This document shows positions 9,517-19,801 of a stretch of 64,000 bases of DNA, one piece after another. The DNA comes from Shigella phage MK-13, in sequence record MK509462. One strand, given 5' to 3'. A program made the translations under genes and the position numbers. Below the pieces are notes generated by a model. The model had not been told where the DNA came from. It worked only from the letters and a program-made list of their open reading frames with translations, and did not search any database. Position 1 is the stretch's first letter. Each line of letters begins with the position of its first letter.

Positions 9517-12297
9517 ATGTCTAGAAACGTCGAGAGCATCTTTGGAGCGGTTGTAACAGCCCCGCACCAGATTCCATACACTTACACCGCAACGGGTGGA
9601 GAGACGTTTATCTCCCTCCCGTTCTACCCTGTTACAGGCTTCATCACCATCAATGGTGGGGTTCAGGTTCCTGTCGACAACTATGAAATTGATGGTAACA
9701 CTGTGAACCTCGGTCGAGCGCTAGAGGCTGATGATGTAGTGTACTGTCTGTTCGACAAGATCCTGTCCCCAGAAGATTATGAAAACGGGATCCGAATCTA
9801 CAAGTTCCAGGCCGTTGGCAACGAGACCTCATTCACCCCAGACTTCACGACGTATGGTGTGCAATCCCTGTATATCGATGGGAAGTTCCAGGTTCCTGGG
9901 GTTGACTACAATTACAACAGCGCAACTGGTGTGGTGTCATTCCTGAATGGATCTCCGACTGCTGGTGTTTGGGTTGTGGCTGAGATGTCTGTGAAGCAAA
10001 ACTATCTGGCTCTGTCTTCGGAGGGTGGTGCCAGTTTGGTAGGCACGACTTCTGGCAGCACTGTGCAGGAAGAGTTGAACGATGTTGCTGGGCAGCTAGC
10101 CAATTTAGAAGATGATCTTTCTACATTGAAAATTGCAGTGGCCAGTGTTTCCTTTACTCAATTTGGGGCAGTTGGTGACGGCGTGGCTAACGACACGCAC
10201 GCCGTAAAACTGGCGTTCGATTATGCTCTTGCTAATAACGTTGCAGTCGAGCAGCATAGCGGTGTTTTCTTGCTGGATGGCACTGAATACATTGATATCA
10301 GAAACCTGCAAACCGACCTCACCGGATGCGTCCTTAAGCCATCCGCATCATGGACTGGTCAGATTGTGATTTCTCAGACTGGCGCGCCTGTCACTTACGG
10401 TTCTAGTTCTGATGTCGTGACAAAACTTAATACTAACAGTCCAGCCAGCCGCGCCGTTGGAAGTACGATAATGAGCGGGATCGCAACTGATAGCACTTTG
10501 GATGGATGCTACGTCAAAATATCGACTTCTCAGCCAATGTTCGTATTCAGGGACGCTACTTACACAAGGAAAGACCTGAACAGAGTTTATAACCGAGGCA
10601 ACATAGAGAACCCGTTACGCTATGGCCTAGGAACGAATGTTACAGAAGTTATTGCGCTGAAAATTCGCAAAGACGTGCAGACTGTTAAAGGGCTTACTAT
10701 TGATGAAAGCCTGTCGAAAAACTATCGCATTGTGTACATCAACAACGCATCACGCGTTAAGCTTGTCAACACGTCTTTCATCAATGCCCCGATAACGCAG
10801 GATTTCAGTGATACCAGAATTGATATTGCAGGCTCATATGACGTGGAAATTGACGGCCTGTTCACACCGTCTGTGGTCGATTCGTTCAACGGCACTGGTG
10901 ACATCTACTCGTATTCTCTGGGTATAAGCGAGAGCATGAATGTCAGAGTGAAGCATATGACTGCTAACGGTGAAGGATGGGGCGCGACCGGTAGCAACAA
11001 CAGCGCAAACATTACTTTCGAAGAATGCGACTTGAGCAGGATTGACTTTCATATGCCTTTCCAGGGATATTTGCGTGTCAATAAATGCAATGTTGGACGA
11101 TACGGTGTAGTTGTAACTGGCATTGGTGACCTAATCATTGATGATGTCATCTTTAATGGTTCAACTGACCAGCTGGGTTCAATTATCGCCACTCGTCCTG
11201 ACTGCGGCGGGTTCTTCGATGGTGACCTGTATATGTCAAATGTGACTATCGCTGGTCGCCGTTCCGGTCAGATTTCGGCACTAATCCAGGGACCTGCTGA
11301 TGCTGGGCAGGGACCAGCATCAGGATCGCCCATCAACAGCACTCTTTTCAATAAAGTTGTTATTCGCGACCTAAAACTGAAAGACGGATTCTTTGAGCAG
11401 ACTTTTGCCACGCTACTGTATTCCCAGCGTGATTCACAACTACTGTTCCCAAAAGTGGTCGATATTGACGGGCTAAGTTTTGGGGCGCTGCCAAAATCAT
11501 CTGGGGTTGGCCTGAATATCGACTTCTCGCGATTTAAAGCGCTGTTCTCTGATATGACAAACTCAGAGCATCCAGTAACAGGAAGAAAAACGACCGATAT
11601 TATTTTACGTAATATTCAAACACCATATCTGTCGGTAACAGCGGCATCAGCGCGTCATAACCCCTCTATTGTCGCAAGTAACGTGCGTCATGTGATAAGT
11701 GGCGAAGTAGATACGCTGCTGGAGATTAACCAGCGTGGCAGATATTTGTTAGATTCATGCTCACTTGAGCAGTTGAAGCTTTTTTATGGTTCGAACCCCA
11801 ATGGCCTGGTAAGTCTCACAATGCGTGGCGGCAGACTTCAGCAGCCTGTTGCAGCAACCATGCCTATTTCTGGTGAAACCACGCACAGCGTCACCCTAGA
11901 TGGAACGGATATTGTGTGCCAGTTCAACGGGCAAGACTCAACATACCCGATCACCAAAGCAATCATTGCCAGGGCGCTTGTTAAAGACTGTAGATATTGG
12001 GATGTTTCTGGCGCAAGACTAAACAATTTGAGTTTCGTTAAGCCTGAAAGCACTAGCACCACTATAACTGTGACTATGAAGGTTGGTCAAAAATTAGCAG
12101 TGTCTACCGGATACACAGCAGGCAATACTTACACAAGAAGCAACTTTACCGCGTTGTGGGAGTCAGGTGCCAAGCAAGTAGCAAGCATTGGCGCGGCAGG
12201 CAACGTGATTGTCACATATACGGTATCAGGTGATTCGGTTTCACAGATAGTAATGACAAGTCCAGCAAGTAATGAGATCCGCGACGTGTCAATTTAA
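9517..12297 (+). CDS. tailspike protein C (extended N-terminal assembly domains plus beta-helix)
   Basis: ORF 9502..12297, start moved to ATG 9517 after hairpin; large N-terminal region without the MNPQF module; repeats such as NVRVKHMTANGEG, ECDLSRIDFH, VNKCNVGRYGVVV. Confidence 0.65.
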   Translation: MSRNVESIFGAVVTAPHQIPYTYTATGGETFISLPFYPVTGFITINGGVQVPVDNYEIDGNTVNLGRALEADDVVYCLFDKILSPEDYENGIRIYKFQAVGNETSFTPDFTTYGVQSLYIDGKFQVPGVDYNYNSATGVVSFLNGSPTAGVWVVAEMSVKQNYLALSSEGGASLVGTTSGSTVQEELNDVAGQLANLEDDLSTLKIAVASVSFTQFGAVGDGVANDTHAVKLAFDYALANNVAVEQHSGVFLLDGTEYIDIRNLQTDLTGCVLKPSASWTGQIVISQTGAPVTYGSSSDVVTKLNTNSPASRAVGSTIMSGIATDSTLDGCYVKISTSQPMFVFRDATYTRKDLNRVYNRGNIENPLRYGLGTNVTEVIALKIRKDVQTVKGLTIDESLSKNYRIVYINNASRVKLVNTSFINAPITQDFSDTRIDIAGSYDVEIDGLFTPSVVDSFNGTGDIYSYSLGISESMNVRVKHMTANGEGWGATGSNNSANITFEECDLSRIDFHMPFQGYLRVNKCNVGRYGVVVTGIGDLIIDDVIFNGSTDQLGSIIATRPDCGGFFDGDLYMSNVTIAGRRSGQISALIQGPADAGQGPASGSPINSTLFNKVVIRDLKLKDGFFEQTFATLLYSQRDSQLLFPKVVDIDGLSFGALPKSSGVGLNIDFSRFKALFSDMTNSEHPVTGRKTTDIILRNIQTPYLSVTAASARHNPSIVASNVRHVISGEVDTLLEINQRGRYLLDSCSLEQLKLFYGSNPNGLVSLTMRGGRLQQPVAATMPISGETTHSVTLDGTDIVCQFNGQDSTYPITKAIIARALVKDCRYWDVSGARLNNLSFVKPESTSTTITVTMKVGQKLAVSTGYTAGNTYTRSNFTALWESGAKQVASIGAAGNVIVTYTVSGDSVSQIVMTSPASNEIRDVSI

Positions 12298-12304
12298 AGT
12301 GCTT

Positions 12305-12324
12305 AAGCCCCTTCGGGGGCTTTC
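12305..12324 (+). terminator. hairpin aagcccc-ttcg-ggggctt followed by TTTCC
   Basis: GC stem with tetraloop right after stop of tailspike C. Confidence 0.45.
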
Positions 12325-12458
12325 CAATGAGGAACTACACCACCAGTCAACACTAGACATTCTCGAAATTAGACTTCTTGGCGTTTAAACCCAAAATGCA
12401 GAAGAAACGAGTATTATTTGAATTCAATAAACATGACTAAAACAACAGGAGATTCTTT

Positions 12459-14243
12459 ATGAATCCGCAATTTTCACAGCCGAAAGGCTCTGTCTCCAAA
12501 GAGACAAACAAGGACTCCATTGCTCGCAAGTTTGGGTGCAAGAAGTCTGAGGTTCTCTATGCTAAACCAGGTGCTGTCCTGACAGGATACAAGGTGATCT
12601 ACGATAAGGTCACTCAGCGCTCCTATGCACTGCCTTCTAACCTGCCCGCTGGCGCTACCATCACCAGCCTGACAGACGGCATTCTCGTGCACAATACGGG
12701 TACTGTCGATCTGGGTGTTCTCGCAGTGCTTCGGAAGGAATTTGTAACTTTGATCGAAAACTTCGACTCAGGGTTCACAATTCGTGTTAGAAATGAAGTC
12801 GTTTCTGATGGTACAAATCTTTACCGTTGGGGTGGGACTTTACCCAAATCTGTAAACGCTGGTGGCACCATTGCCAATACTGGTGGATTGTCAAGTTCTA
12901 ACTGGGTGAAATTGGATCCAGATGCATTGAGAGATGAGTTATACTCTGGGTTTTATCGTCTAACTGTTATCGACCCTTCGATGTCTCAGTCTCTTATACA
13001 AACTAAATTATCCCAGGGTGGGACATTCCAGTTTCTTCCTGGCAACTATACGGTAACTGGCCAGGCGTTGGCGTTTTATCCTAACTCTGAAATTTATGCG
13101 CATTCCGGCGCTTTATTCTTGGCTGGCGAAAACAACGTTGGTGTACTCACGATTGACCCTTCTCGTTCTGGTGGAAATGCAGTGAGAAACTGCAAATTAC
13201 ACAATATCAGGATATCATTGAATGGTAAAACGGGTTGCGTCGCTTTCAGAGCCAAATATTGGAGGAACCATGGTCATCTAGATATGATGTGGGTAGACAT
13301 GGGGACAGCCATTAATAACGTCGGGATAGAGATAGGGACTTTGTGTTATGGATTGAAGATAGACGGTTGTGAGGTTATCGGTGGTGGGGCTGGTTCGAGT
13401 CGGTTAATAGTACAGAACGGAGCCAATGCTATCGTTATAACAGGATTTGATGGTTATTCCGGTGCTCCGGAAGTGGATATGCCGGATTATGGTATTATCG
13501 TAAGACACTCTACCGACGGCGGGACTTCTTGGGATTATACCACAACATTCCCCACAGAAGCAGTCTGTTTTGTTAACGGATTCAGCCAGAATACCACGAA
13601 GTATGGTTTCTTGGATCAGGCCAAGGGAACTAAGGTGTATGGAATGTATTATGAGAACAATAGTATCTCTGATGTCCGCATCAGTGGTTCTCAAGATGCC
13701 ACATTCCGAGATTGTACACACTCTTCCCCAAGCCAAGGAACCCTCGCGCATGGGTATAGTATAACCAACTCCACCAACAGCTTAATTGATGAGCCGATAT
13801 GGGGAACAAGGGCTGGAGGTTTCTTCGACATTGGTGGTGCACAAGACGCCGGTGTGACTGGCCACATAGTCAACATCGCACGTTGGGGCGCAAGTCGAGG
13901 CATTGATGATCTCGGCGTTGTAACGGCATGTAAATTAAGTCGTGGAAAATTGCCATTACAGCTCACAACTGACTCTGTCGACATAAACAGCGGTTATGGG
14001 TGCTATCGAAGAAACGTTTCTTCTGGTTCCAACATCGCATTTACTGGTACGCCATATGATGGTATGGAGCTGACGTTTTTACTGAGAGGTTCAAACATTG
14101 CTTCATTGAGCATAGCGGGTGTCCCTGTCGATGTGACTGGTGCCAACACCGCCACCACGAAAATGAATCTCGTGAAAATGGTGTATTCAAAAGTAACGAG
14201 CACATGGGTGATCAATGCTGGTCAATGGAATGCTTCCGCTTGA
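12459..14243 (+). CDS. tailspike protein D (MNPQFSQPKGS N-terminal module plus beta-helix)
   Basis: 594 aa; N-terminus MNPQFSQPKGSVSKETNKDSIARKFG...YRWGGTLPK; the 5' UTR and first codons are nearly identical at nucleotide level to tailspike B (aacaacaggagattc...ATGAATCCGCAATT...CAGCCGAAAGG). Confidence 0.7.
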   Translation: MNPQFSQPKGSVSKETNKDSIARKFGCKKSEVLYAKPGAVLTGYKVIYDKVTQRSYALPSNLPAGATITSLTDGILVHNTGTVDLGVLAVLRKEFVTLIENFDSGFTIRVRNEVVSDGTNLYRWGGTLPKSVNAGGTIANTGGLSSSNWVKLDPDALRDELYSGFYRLTVIDPSMSQSLIQTKLSQGGTFQFLPGNYTVTGQALAFYPNSEIYAHSGALFLAGENNVGVLTIDPSRSGGNAVRNCKLHNIRISLNGKTGCVAFRAKYWRNHGHLDMMWVDMGTAINNVGIEIGTLCYGLKIDGCEVIGGGAGSSRLIVQNGANAIVITGFDGYSGAPEVDMPDYGIIVRHSTDGGTSWDYTTTFPTEAVCFVNGFSQNTTKYGFLDQAKGTKVYGMYYENNSISDVRISGSQDATFRDCTHSSPSQGTLAHGYSITNSTNSLIDEPIWGTRAGGFFDIGGAQDAGVTGHIVNIARWGASRGIDDLGVVTACKLSRGKLPLQLTTDSVDINSGYGCYRRNVSSGSNIAFTGTPYDGMELTFLLRGSNIASLSIAGVPVDVTGANTATTKMNLVKMVYSKVTSTWVINAGQWNASA

Positions 14244-14248
14244 TAGAC

Positions 14249-14280
14249 AAAGCCCCTCAGATGAGGGGCTTTTTCTTTCT
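14249..14280 (+). terminator. rho-independent terminator (aaagcccctc-agat-gaggggcttt + TTTTCTTTCT)
   Basis: 10-bp stem, 4-nt loop, U-tract; lies inside the ORF-track N-terminal extension of the next ORF, which is therefore not coding. Confidence 0.7.
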
Positions 14281-14300
14281 ATTCCTCGGTTGGCTGTATA

Positions 14301-14307
14301 CTAAATA
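14301..14307 (+). promoter_or_regulatory. late-promoter-like motif CTAAATA
   Basis: About 35 nt upstream of ATG 14342, downstream of terminator. Confidence 0.4.
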
Positions 14308-14341
14308 TCTCTATAATGGCACCTATCGATGGAGCATCAAA

Positions 14342-17300
14342 ATGCAAGAAATGAACCTCAACCGCCGCCCATACTGGGATGATTGGAATCCAGAGAAGCG
14401 TTTTTCACGCATCCTGTTCCGTCCGGCTCCTATCAAAGTTCAGACCCGTGAACTGAACCAGATGCAGACCATCTTCCAGGATCAGCTGGAGAAACTCGGG
14501 AACCATCTGTTCAAAGACGGTTCGATGGTTATCCCCGGCGGCCTGACAATCACCAACACCGCAGTGTCCATGAAGTTCACTCTGGCTGGTGGTAGCGAGT
14601 TCACCGATCTGGAAGGTATCTCCGAACTCTATGTTCTGGGTAAGGACAACAATGCGAAAGCGCGCGTCCTGTCTCTGGAACGTTACCTGGCTGAGCCGGA
14701 TACAATGTACGCCATCTTAGAGATGACTGAGAGTGGTAGTTCAGACGGTTTCGAAGCTGGTGACAACCTGTACTTCAACACCTACGACGTGAACGATAAC
14801 TTCATCCGTGTCGGCTATGGTGTGGCTGCTACTGTCGGTGGCTCTATTGTTGCGCGCATGACCAAAGGCGTTTACTTTGTCCGCGGTATGTTCCTGGATG
14901 TTGAGGCTGCTACCCTGATCGTCGACAACGCATCCAACTCCACCTCACACCGGGTGGGCTTCAAAGTAACAGAGACCATCGTCACCGAAACCGAAGACGA
15001 AAGTCTGTTCTCCAATGCTCAGGGTACTCCGAACTCCAAAGCCCCTGGTGCGCATCGCCTGCGCATCGACCTCGTGTTGTCTCGCTACGGTTATGATGAA
15101 GAAGTGGCCGACTTCGTAGAGCTGGCGAAAGTCAAAGACGGGCGCATTCAGTCCATGGTGACCCAGTCCACCTACAACATCCTCGAAGACAGTATGGCGC
15201 AGCGCACTTATGAGACCAACGGGGATTACAACGTCTCCACTCATCAGATCGACCTGCGTGAACATCTGAAACAGAACAACAACGGCGGCGTTTATACTCC
15301 TGCCGAAGGTGGTGACGAAAGCAAATTCGTGGCGGTTATGAAGCCAGGCATTTCCTACGTTCGTGGCCGTCGTATCGAAAACCTCGGCGAAGAACTGGTC
15401 ACAATCGACAAAGCCCGTGACACTGATATCTTGAACAACAACCCTGTGGCTGTTGCGACTGGCAACTATCTGGTGTCCAAGAACTCCAAAGGGGTTCCGG
15501 TTGTCTCTCGCACAATCCGTTACAAGTTCCTGAACGCATCCAGCGCTGTCCAGGCCACTGCCCTCCTGATTTCAGCAGAACGTTCTGGGGCGGAATTCCG
15601 TCTGTATATGCGCGACCTGGTTGTGACTGGGGACATGGGTACTGTCACGAAGGTTGCATACGAAGAAAGCGGCACAACGATGTTCTCTTGCGAACTGGAG
15701 TCTAATCAGTTCAGCCAGAGTTCGGCGATTGACCTGATCTTCCCTCTGCCTGTATTTGGCGTGAAGACCCTGGCTCCTACTGGCAACATTGATATCAACT
15801 ACACCGTCCTGCGGTCAAACAAGATCACGTTGAACGCCGCTGGTGCAGGCTCAATCTCTGCTCCTCTGGGTTACAGCTTCAGCCCTGAATTCTCTTTGTA
15901 CTCAGCGGCGAAGGCAGACGGCACTGCAGCTCAGTTTGATATCTCTTCGGGACTGTCCCTGACTGGTACTCCGGTCGGTTCAGCACTGCAGATTTCCCTG
16001 GGCGCGGGGTACGCCAACCAGTCTATCAACCTGTTGGCACTGATGGTCCGCACCACAGCGACGATCAAGACCAAGACTGTTACCGAAGTCACCGAGACTG
16101 TGACGTTCACTTCGGCGGCCAGCGTACAGCTGAACAACCACGACGGTTACAAGCTGGTCAGCGTGAAGAACGCAAATGGCGCTGACGTCACCTCTAACTT
16201 CACTCTGGACGGCGGCCAGCGTGATGCTGCATACTATCGTTCTAACCTGTTATCGGGCACTGGAGCCATTTCAGGGACGTTCACGGTGGTGTATCAGTAT
16301 TTCGCTCACAGCTCTGGTGATTTCTTCACAGCGGATTCCTATTCTTCCATCGATTACCCAGACATCCCGAACTATGTTTCGTCCAGTTCTGGTACTGTGT
16401 ATGGCCTGGCAGACTGCCTGGACTTCCGTCCTAAGATCACCAGCGGTGCTTCCGACACTGATATGGTTCGCCCGAACACTGCTATCGTCCTCGATGCGGA
16501 GTACTATCTGCCTCGTATTGATGCTGTGTATCTGGCCGACAACGGCGTGTTTAACGTTGCGCGTGGTGTGAGTTCCAACAACCTGGCTTCGCCTGCGATC
16601 CCCGACAACGGCATGCGTCTGTACGAATTGATGATCCCGCCTTACACGGCCAACATCGACGATATTCAGATTCGTACCATCGACAACCGTCGTTACACGA
16701 TGCGTGATATCGGTAAACTGGAGACCCGTATCTCCAATGTTGAATACTACACCTCACTGTCACAGCTGGAATCTTCAGCTATGACTCAGCAGGTGTTCGA
16801 CCCGATCACTGGCAACCCGCGCTTCAAAAACGGTATCGCTGCCGACCCGTTCAAAGACTTCCGTCTGATCGACGATTTGTCTGCTGACTGGGTAGGTTCA
16901 ATCGACACTGACAATGGTCGCCTACGCCCGTTCGTTCAGCAGAATGCGGTTGACCTGACGCCAGTGGGCTGGAACAACGTTCAGGATGGCATGGTTGTAT
17001 GCAACTACACCCGTGAGATCTCTGTGCGCCAGGATTATGCGACCACGACCATCAACGTGAACCCATATGCGGTATTCAACTGGGAAGGTTTCCTGAAGCT
17101 GAACCCGACCACCGACTACTGGTTCGAGAACTACTATGTTGCTCCACGTGTGATCAACGAAACGATCAACACACGCGGCGCGATCAAAGAAGGTTCCGTG
17201 TATGGCACATGGCGTACTGTGTCTGTGTCTGAGCGTGTGTGGGAACCACATGGCGCAGGCGGCGTATGGTGGGGCTACCGCTACCGCACGACTGTGTCTA

Positions 17301-19180
17301 CCCGTGACGTCACCACGTACACGTACACCGACAAGACGACGACTACCCTGACTGGCGAGCAGATCGTTGAAACGCAGGTTATTCCATACATGCGCAAAAC
17401 GAACATCAACTTCGAAGCCACAGGCCTGCGTCCGTTCACTCGTGTATATCCGTTCTTCTCAGGGCGTGATGTGAGCGCGTACTGTACTCCAAGTGGTGGC
17501 GTACTGGGTGGCGCGCTGAACACTGATGCCAACGGTAATATCAAAGGCGTGTTCGCAGTGCCTCAGAACGAGACTGTTAAGTTCAACACGGGCGATAACG
17601 TCTTCCGTCTGACTGATAGTCCTGTGGACAGCAAGTCTGCTGACGATACCCTGACCAATGCTGAAGCGGTTCACAAATCCTTTGGTAAGAAACAGGGCAT
17701 TCAAAAGACCTATGTCAACACTCGCGTCCTGGGTTACACCGCGACCAAGTCTACAGAGAACAAAACGGAGACGGTTGAAGTTGCGAAGTGGAAAGACCCG
17801 ATTGCTCAATCCTTCATGGTTGCTACCAATATTGGTGGTGAGTACATCGAAGGGATTGAAGTCTTCTTCTCCACCAAGTCCCGTGATATCCCGATTACTC
17901 TGGAAATCCGCGAGATGAGCAATGGCCTGCCTGCGACGACTGTGGTCACTCGTAAGACTTTGAACCCATCAGAAGTTTCCGTCTCTACAGACTCTTCTGT
18001 GCCAACGATGTTCAAGTTTGATTATCCTGTGTATCTGCAGGCGCAGACGGAGTTCGCGATCGTGCTCCTGGCCAACACTCAGGACTACAACGCATACATC
18101 GCAGAGATGGGCAAAAAGAACTTGCTGACCAACGAGTACATCGCCAAGCAGCCGTACACTGGCGTGTTCTTCACGTCTTCCAACGGCACGACTTGGACTC
18201 CAAACCAGACTGCCGATATGAAGTTCCGTGTGTATCGCTGTAACTTCTCCGCTGGTTCAAACATCGTGACCTTCGATGCTAAAGTCGGTCCGAAGATCCG
18301 CCCTCTGGGTCTGAACACCGTGAAATGTGTCAACGGTTCTTCAACTGTTACAGTGTACGCGCCGGGGCATGGCCTGACTGCGGGTGAAAGTGTTACCCTG
18401 TCTGGTCTGACGGGTGGTTGTGGTTTCACTCCTGAGCAACTGAACGCCCAACACACTGTGACTGACGCGACGTTCACGGCGTTCAAATTTGTTCTGAGTT
18501 CTAACGCCGACTCCGACGGGCAGATTGGTGGTGAAGAGGCTTCTTTCCTGGGCAACTACTTGGTAGACATGTTCTATGCAAGCGTCACCAATTCAGCCCT
18601 GGAAGGATCTGTATTGAAACTGGAATACCGTTACCGCGATGCGACCTCCAACTCATTCTCTGATTGGGCTGAGTTCGAATCCGATACGGACGTGTCTCTG
18701 CCGACGGAAGGCATCTATCGCCAAGTGGGTGACTTCCAGGTGCGGGCGACAATGACGCGTAACGAAAGCAACGTGTACACGGCTCCGATGATCGACGGTG
18801 ATGACTTCACTATCATCTTCAACACCTACGGGGTGGATCCGTTTGAAGACGTGTTCAGTTATGTGACCAAGGATATCGGATTCGATAACCCTTGCACCAC
18901 TCTGAAACAGTACTTCGGTGCGATGCTACCTTCTCAGTCTTCAATGACTGTACAGGTGAAACTGCTCCGCGCTGGTCAGGAGATGGATGATGTCGCATGG
19001 GAAACTGTGACTCCAACATCCCCTCTGGTCAACGATGGTTCTACATTCTTTGAATACGAATATGACAAGACTGTGGACAGCACCAATCCGTTTGTTGGCC
19101 TGAAGATCCGCCTGCTGGTGAGAGGCAACCGTACAGCGCCGCCATCATTCAAAGATTTCCGTTTGATTGCTCTGGCATAA
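14342..19180 (+). CDS. large virion structural protein (~1610 aa; baseplate or fibre-associated, function unknown)
   Basis: ORF 14204..19180 truncated to ATG 14342 (after terminator and promoter motif; TGGAG RBS). Position between tailspikes and neck genes suggests structural role; no catalytic motif recognised. Confidence 0.5.
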   Translation: MQEMNLNRRPYWDDWNPEKRFSRILFRPAPIKVQTRELNQMQTIFQDQLEKLGNHLFKDGSMVIPGGLTITNTAVSMKFTLAGGSEFTDLEGISELYVLGKDNNAKARVLSLERYLAEPDTMYAILEMTESGSSDGFEAGDNLYFNTYDVNDNFIRVGYGVAATVGGSIVARMTKGVYFVRGMFLDVEAATLIVDNASNSTSHRVGFKVTETIVTETEDESLFSNAQGTPNSKAPGAHRLRIDLVLSRYGYDEEVADFVELAKVKDGRIQSMVTQSTYNILEDSMAQRTYETNGDYNVSTHQIDLREHLKQNNNGGVYTPAEGGDESKFVAVMKPGISYVRGRRIENLGEELVTIDKARDTDILNNNPVAVATGNYLVSKNSKGVPVVSRTIRYKFLNASSAVQATALLISAERSGAEFRLYMRDLVVTGDMGTVTKVAYEESGTTMFSCELESNQFSQSSAIDLIFPLPVFGVKTLAPTGNIDINYTVLRSNKITLNAAGAGSISAPLGYSFSPEFSLYSAAKADGTAAQFDISSGLSLTGTPVGSALQISLGAGYANQSINLLALMVRTTATIKTKTVTEVTETVTFTSAASVQLNNHDGYKLVSVKNANGADVTSNFTLDGGQRDAAYYRSNLLSGTGAISGTFTVVYQYFAHSSGDFFTADSYSSIDYPDIPNYVSSSSGTVYGLADCLDFRPKITSGASDTDMVRPNTAIVLDAEYYLPRIDAVYLADNGVFNVARGVSSNNLASPAIPDNGMRLYELMIPPYTANIDDIQIRTIDNRRYTMRDIGKLETRISNVEYYTSLSQLESSAMTQQVFDPITGNPRFKNGIAADPFKDFRLIDDLSADWVGSIDTDNGRLRPFVQQNAVDLTPVGWNNVQDGMVVCNYTREISVRQDYATTTINVNPYAVFNWEGFLKLNPTTDYWFENYYVAPRVINETINTRGAIKEGSVYGTWRTVSVSERVWEPHGAGGVWWGYRYRTTVSTRDVTTYTYTDKTTTTLTGEQIVETQVIPYMRKTNINFEATGLRPFTRVYPFFSGRDVSAYCTPSGGVLGGALNTDANGNIKGVFAVPQNETVKFNTGDNVFRLTDSPVDSKSADDTLTNAEAVHKSFGKKQGIQKTYVNTRVLGYTATKSTENKTETVEVAKWKDPIAQSFMVATNIGGEYIEGIEVFFSTKSRDIPITLEIREMSNGLPATTVVTRKTLNPSEVSVSTDSSVPTMFKFDYPVYLQAQTEFAIVLLANTQDYNAYIAEMGKKNLLTNEYIAKQPYTGVFFTSSNGTTWTPNQTADMKFRVYRCNFSAGSNIVTFDAKVGPKIRPLGLNTVKCVNGSSTVTVYAPGHGLTAGESVTLSGLTGGCGFTPEQLNAQHTVTDATFTAFKFVLSSNADSDGQIGGEEASFLGNYLVDMFYASVTNSALEGSVLKLEYRYRDATSNSFSDWAEFESDTDVSLPTEGIYRQVGDFQVRATMTRNESNVYTAPMIDGDDFTIIFNTYGVDPFEDVFSYVTKDIGFDNPCTTLKQYFGAMLPSQSSMTVQVKLLRAGQEMDDVAWETVTPTSPLVNDGSTFFEYEYDKTVDSTNPFVGLKIRLLVRGNRTAPPSFKDFRLIALA

Positions 19181-19193
19181 GTAGTAATACCAA

Positions 19194-19211
19194 GGCGGGG
19201 GCAAGCCCGCC
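19194..19211 (+). terminator. hairpin ggcgggg-gcaa-gcccgcc (no U-tract)
   Basis: GC stem immediately after stop of the large structural gene. Confidence 0.3.
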
Positions 19212-19230
19212 ATTAACAGAGGATATTATC

Positions 19231-19479
19231 ATGCGTGGTGTAAAAGTACAGGGGCATGCATCGATGATGAGAAGTAGCTCTTGCCCTGGGGCTATCATCT
19301 GCACAGACAGCGCTGCTGGTTTAGCGGCTCTGAACGCCCGTCGTAATCAGGAAGAAAAGGACAGAACTATTGCAGCGCAGGCAGCGCAAATCGATCAACT
19401 GACAGCGACGGTACAACTCATGGCGGAACACCTCGGGATTGAACTCCCGTCAGGAGGCCAAGATGACAACTCAAACTAA
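19231..19479 (+). CDS. hypothetical protein
   Basis: 82-aa ORF with AGAGGA RBS; Q/A-rich C-terminal helix. Confidence 0.35.
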   Translation: MRGVKVQGHASMMRSSSCPGAIICTDSAAGLAALNARRNQEEKDRTIAAQAAQIDQLTATVQLMAEHLGIELPSGGQDDNSN

Positions 19480-19801
19480 CACTGTGATCGATGTGAAAGC
19501 GATCCTCACCGGGGTGCTGACGGCGGCGATAGTCTCTGTTGGCTCGGTTGTTTGGATGATGGGTAAGTTCGAAAACCGTCTTGATGTGGTTGAGCGGGAT
19601 TCCAACAAGGTTGACCAGATCCTTGTCAAAGTCAACGATATGAGTGAGAAGATCGCTGTATTGAACACAGACGTCAACTACGTCAAGCAGAACGTTGCTG
19701 AATTAAAACTCAATAGCAGCAGTCTGTCCGACGACGTGCGAACTCTGCGGATTACGGTATCTGATCTCCAGAGTGGTAAGGGGAACGTCAATGGCCGTTA
19801 A
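19463..19801 (+). CDS. membrane-anchored coiled-coil protein (N-terminal TM helix; i-spanin-like topology, unproven)
   Basis: ORF 19439..19801, start at ATG 19463 after AGGAGG; hydrophobic segment AILTGVLTAAIVSVGSVVWMMG then coiled-coil-like region. Confidence 0.4.
   Translation: MTTQTNTVIDVKAILTGVLTAAIVSVGSVVWMMGKFENRLDVVERDSNKVDQILVKVNDMSEKIAVLNTDVNYVKQNVAELKLNSSSLSDDVRTLRITVSDLQSGKGNVNGR

Noticed and set aside
14204-14341. N-terminal 46 codons of the 1658-aa ORF in the track (MGDQCWSMECFRL...)
   Set aside because: This stretch overlaps the stop of the upstream tailspike gene and runs straight through a strong rho-independent terminator (14249..14280) and a CTAAATA box; the real start is taken as ATG 14342 with a TGGAG RBS.
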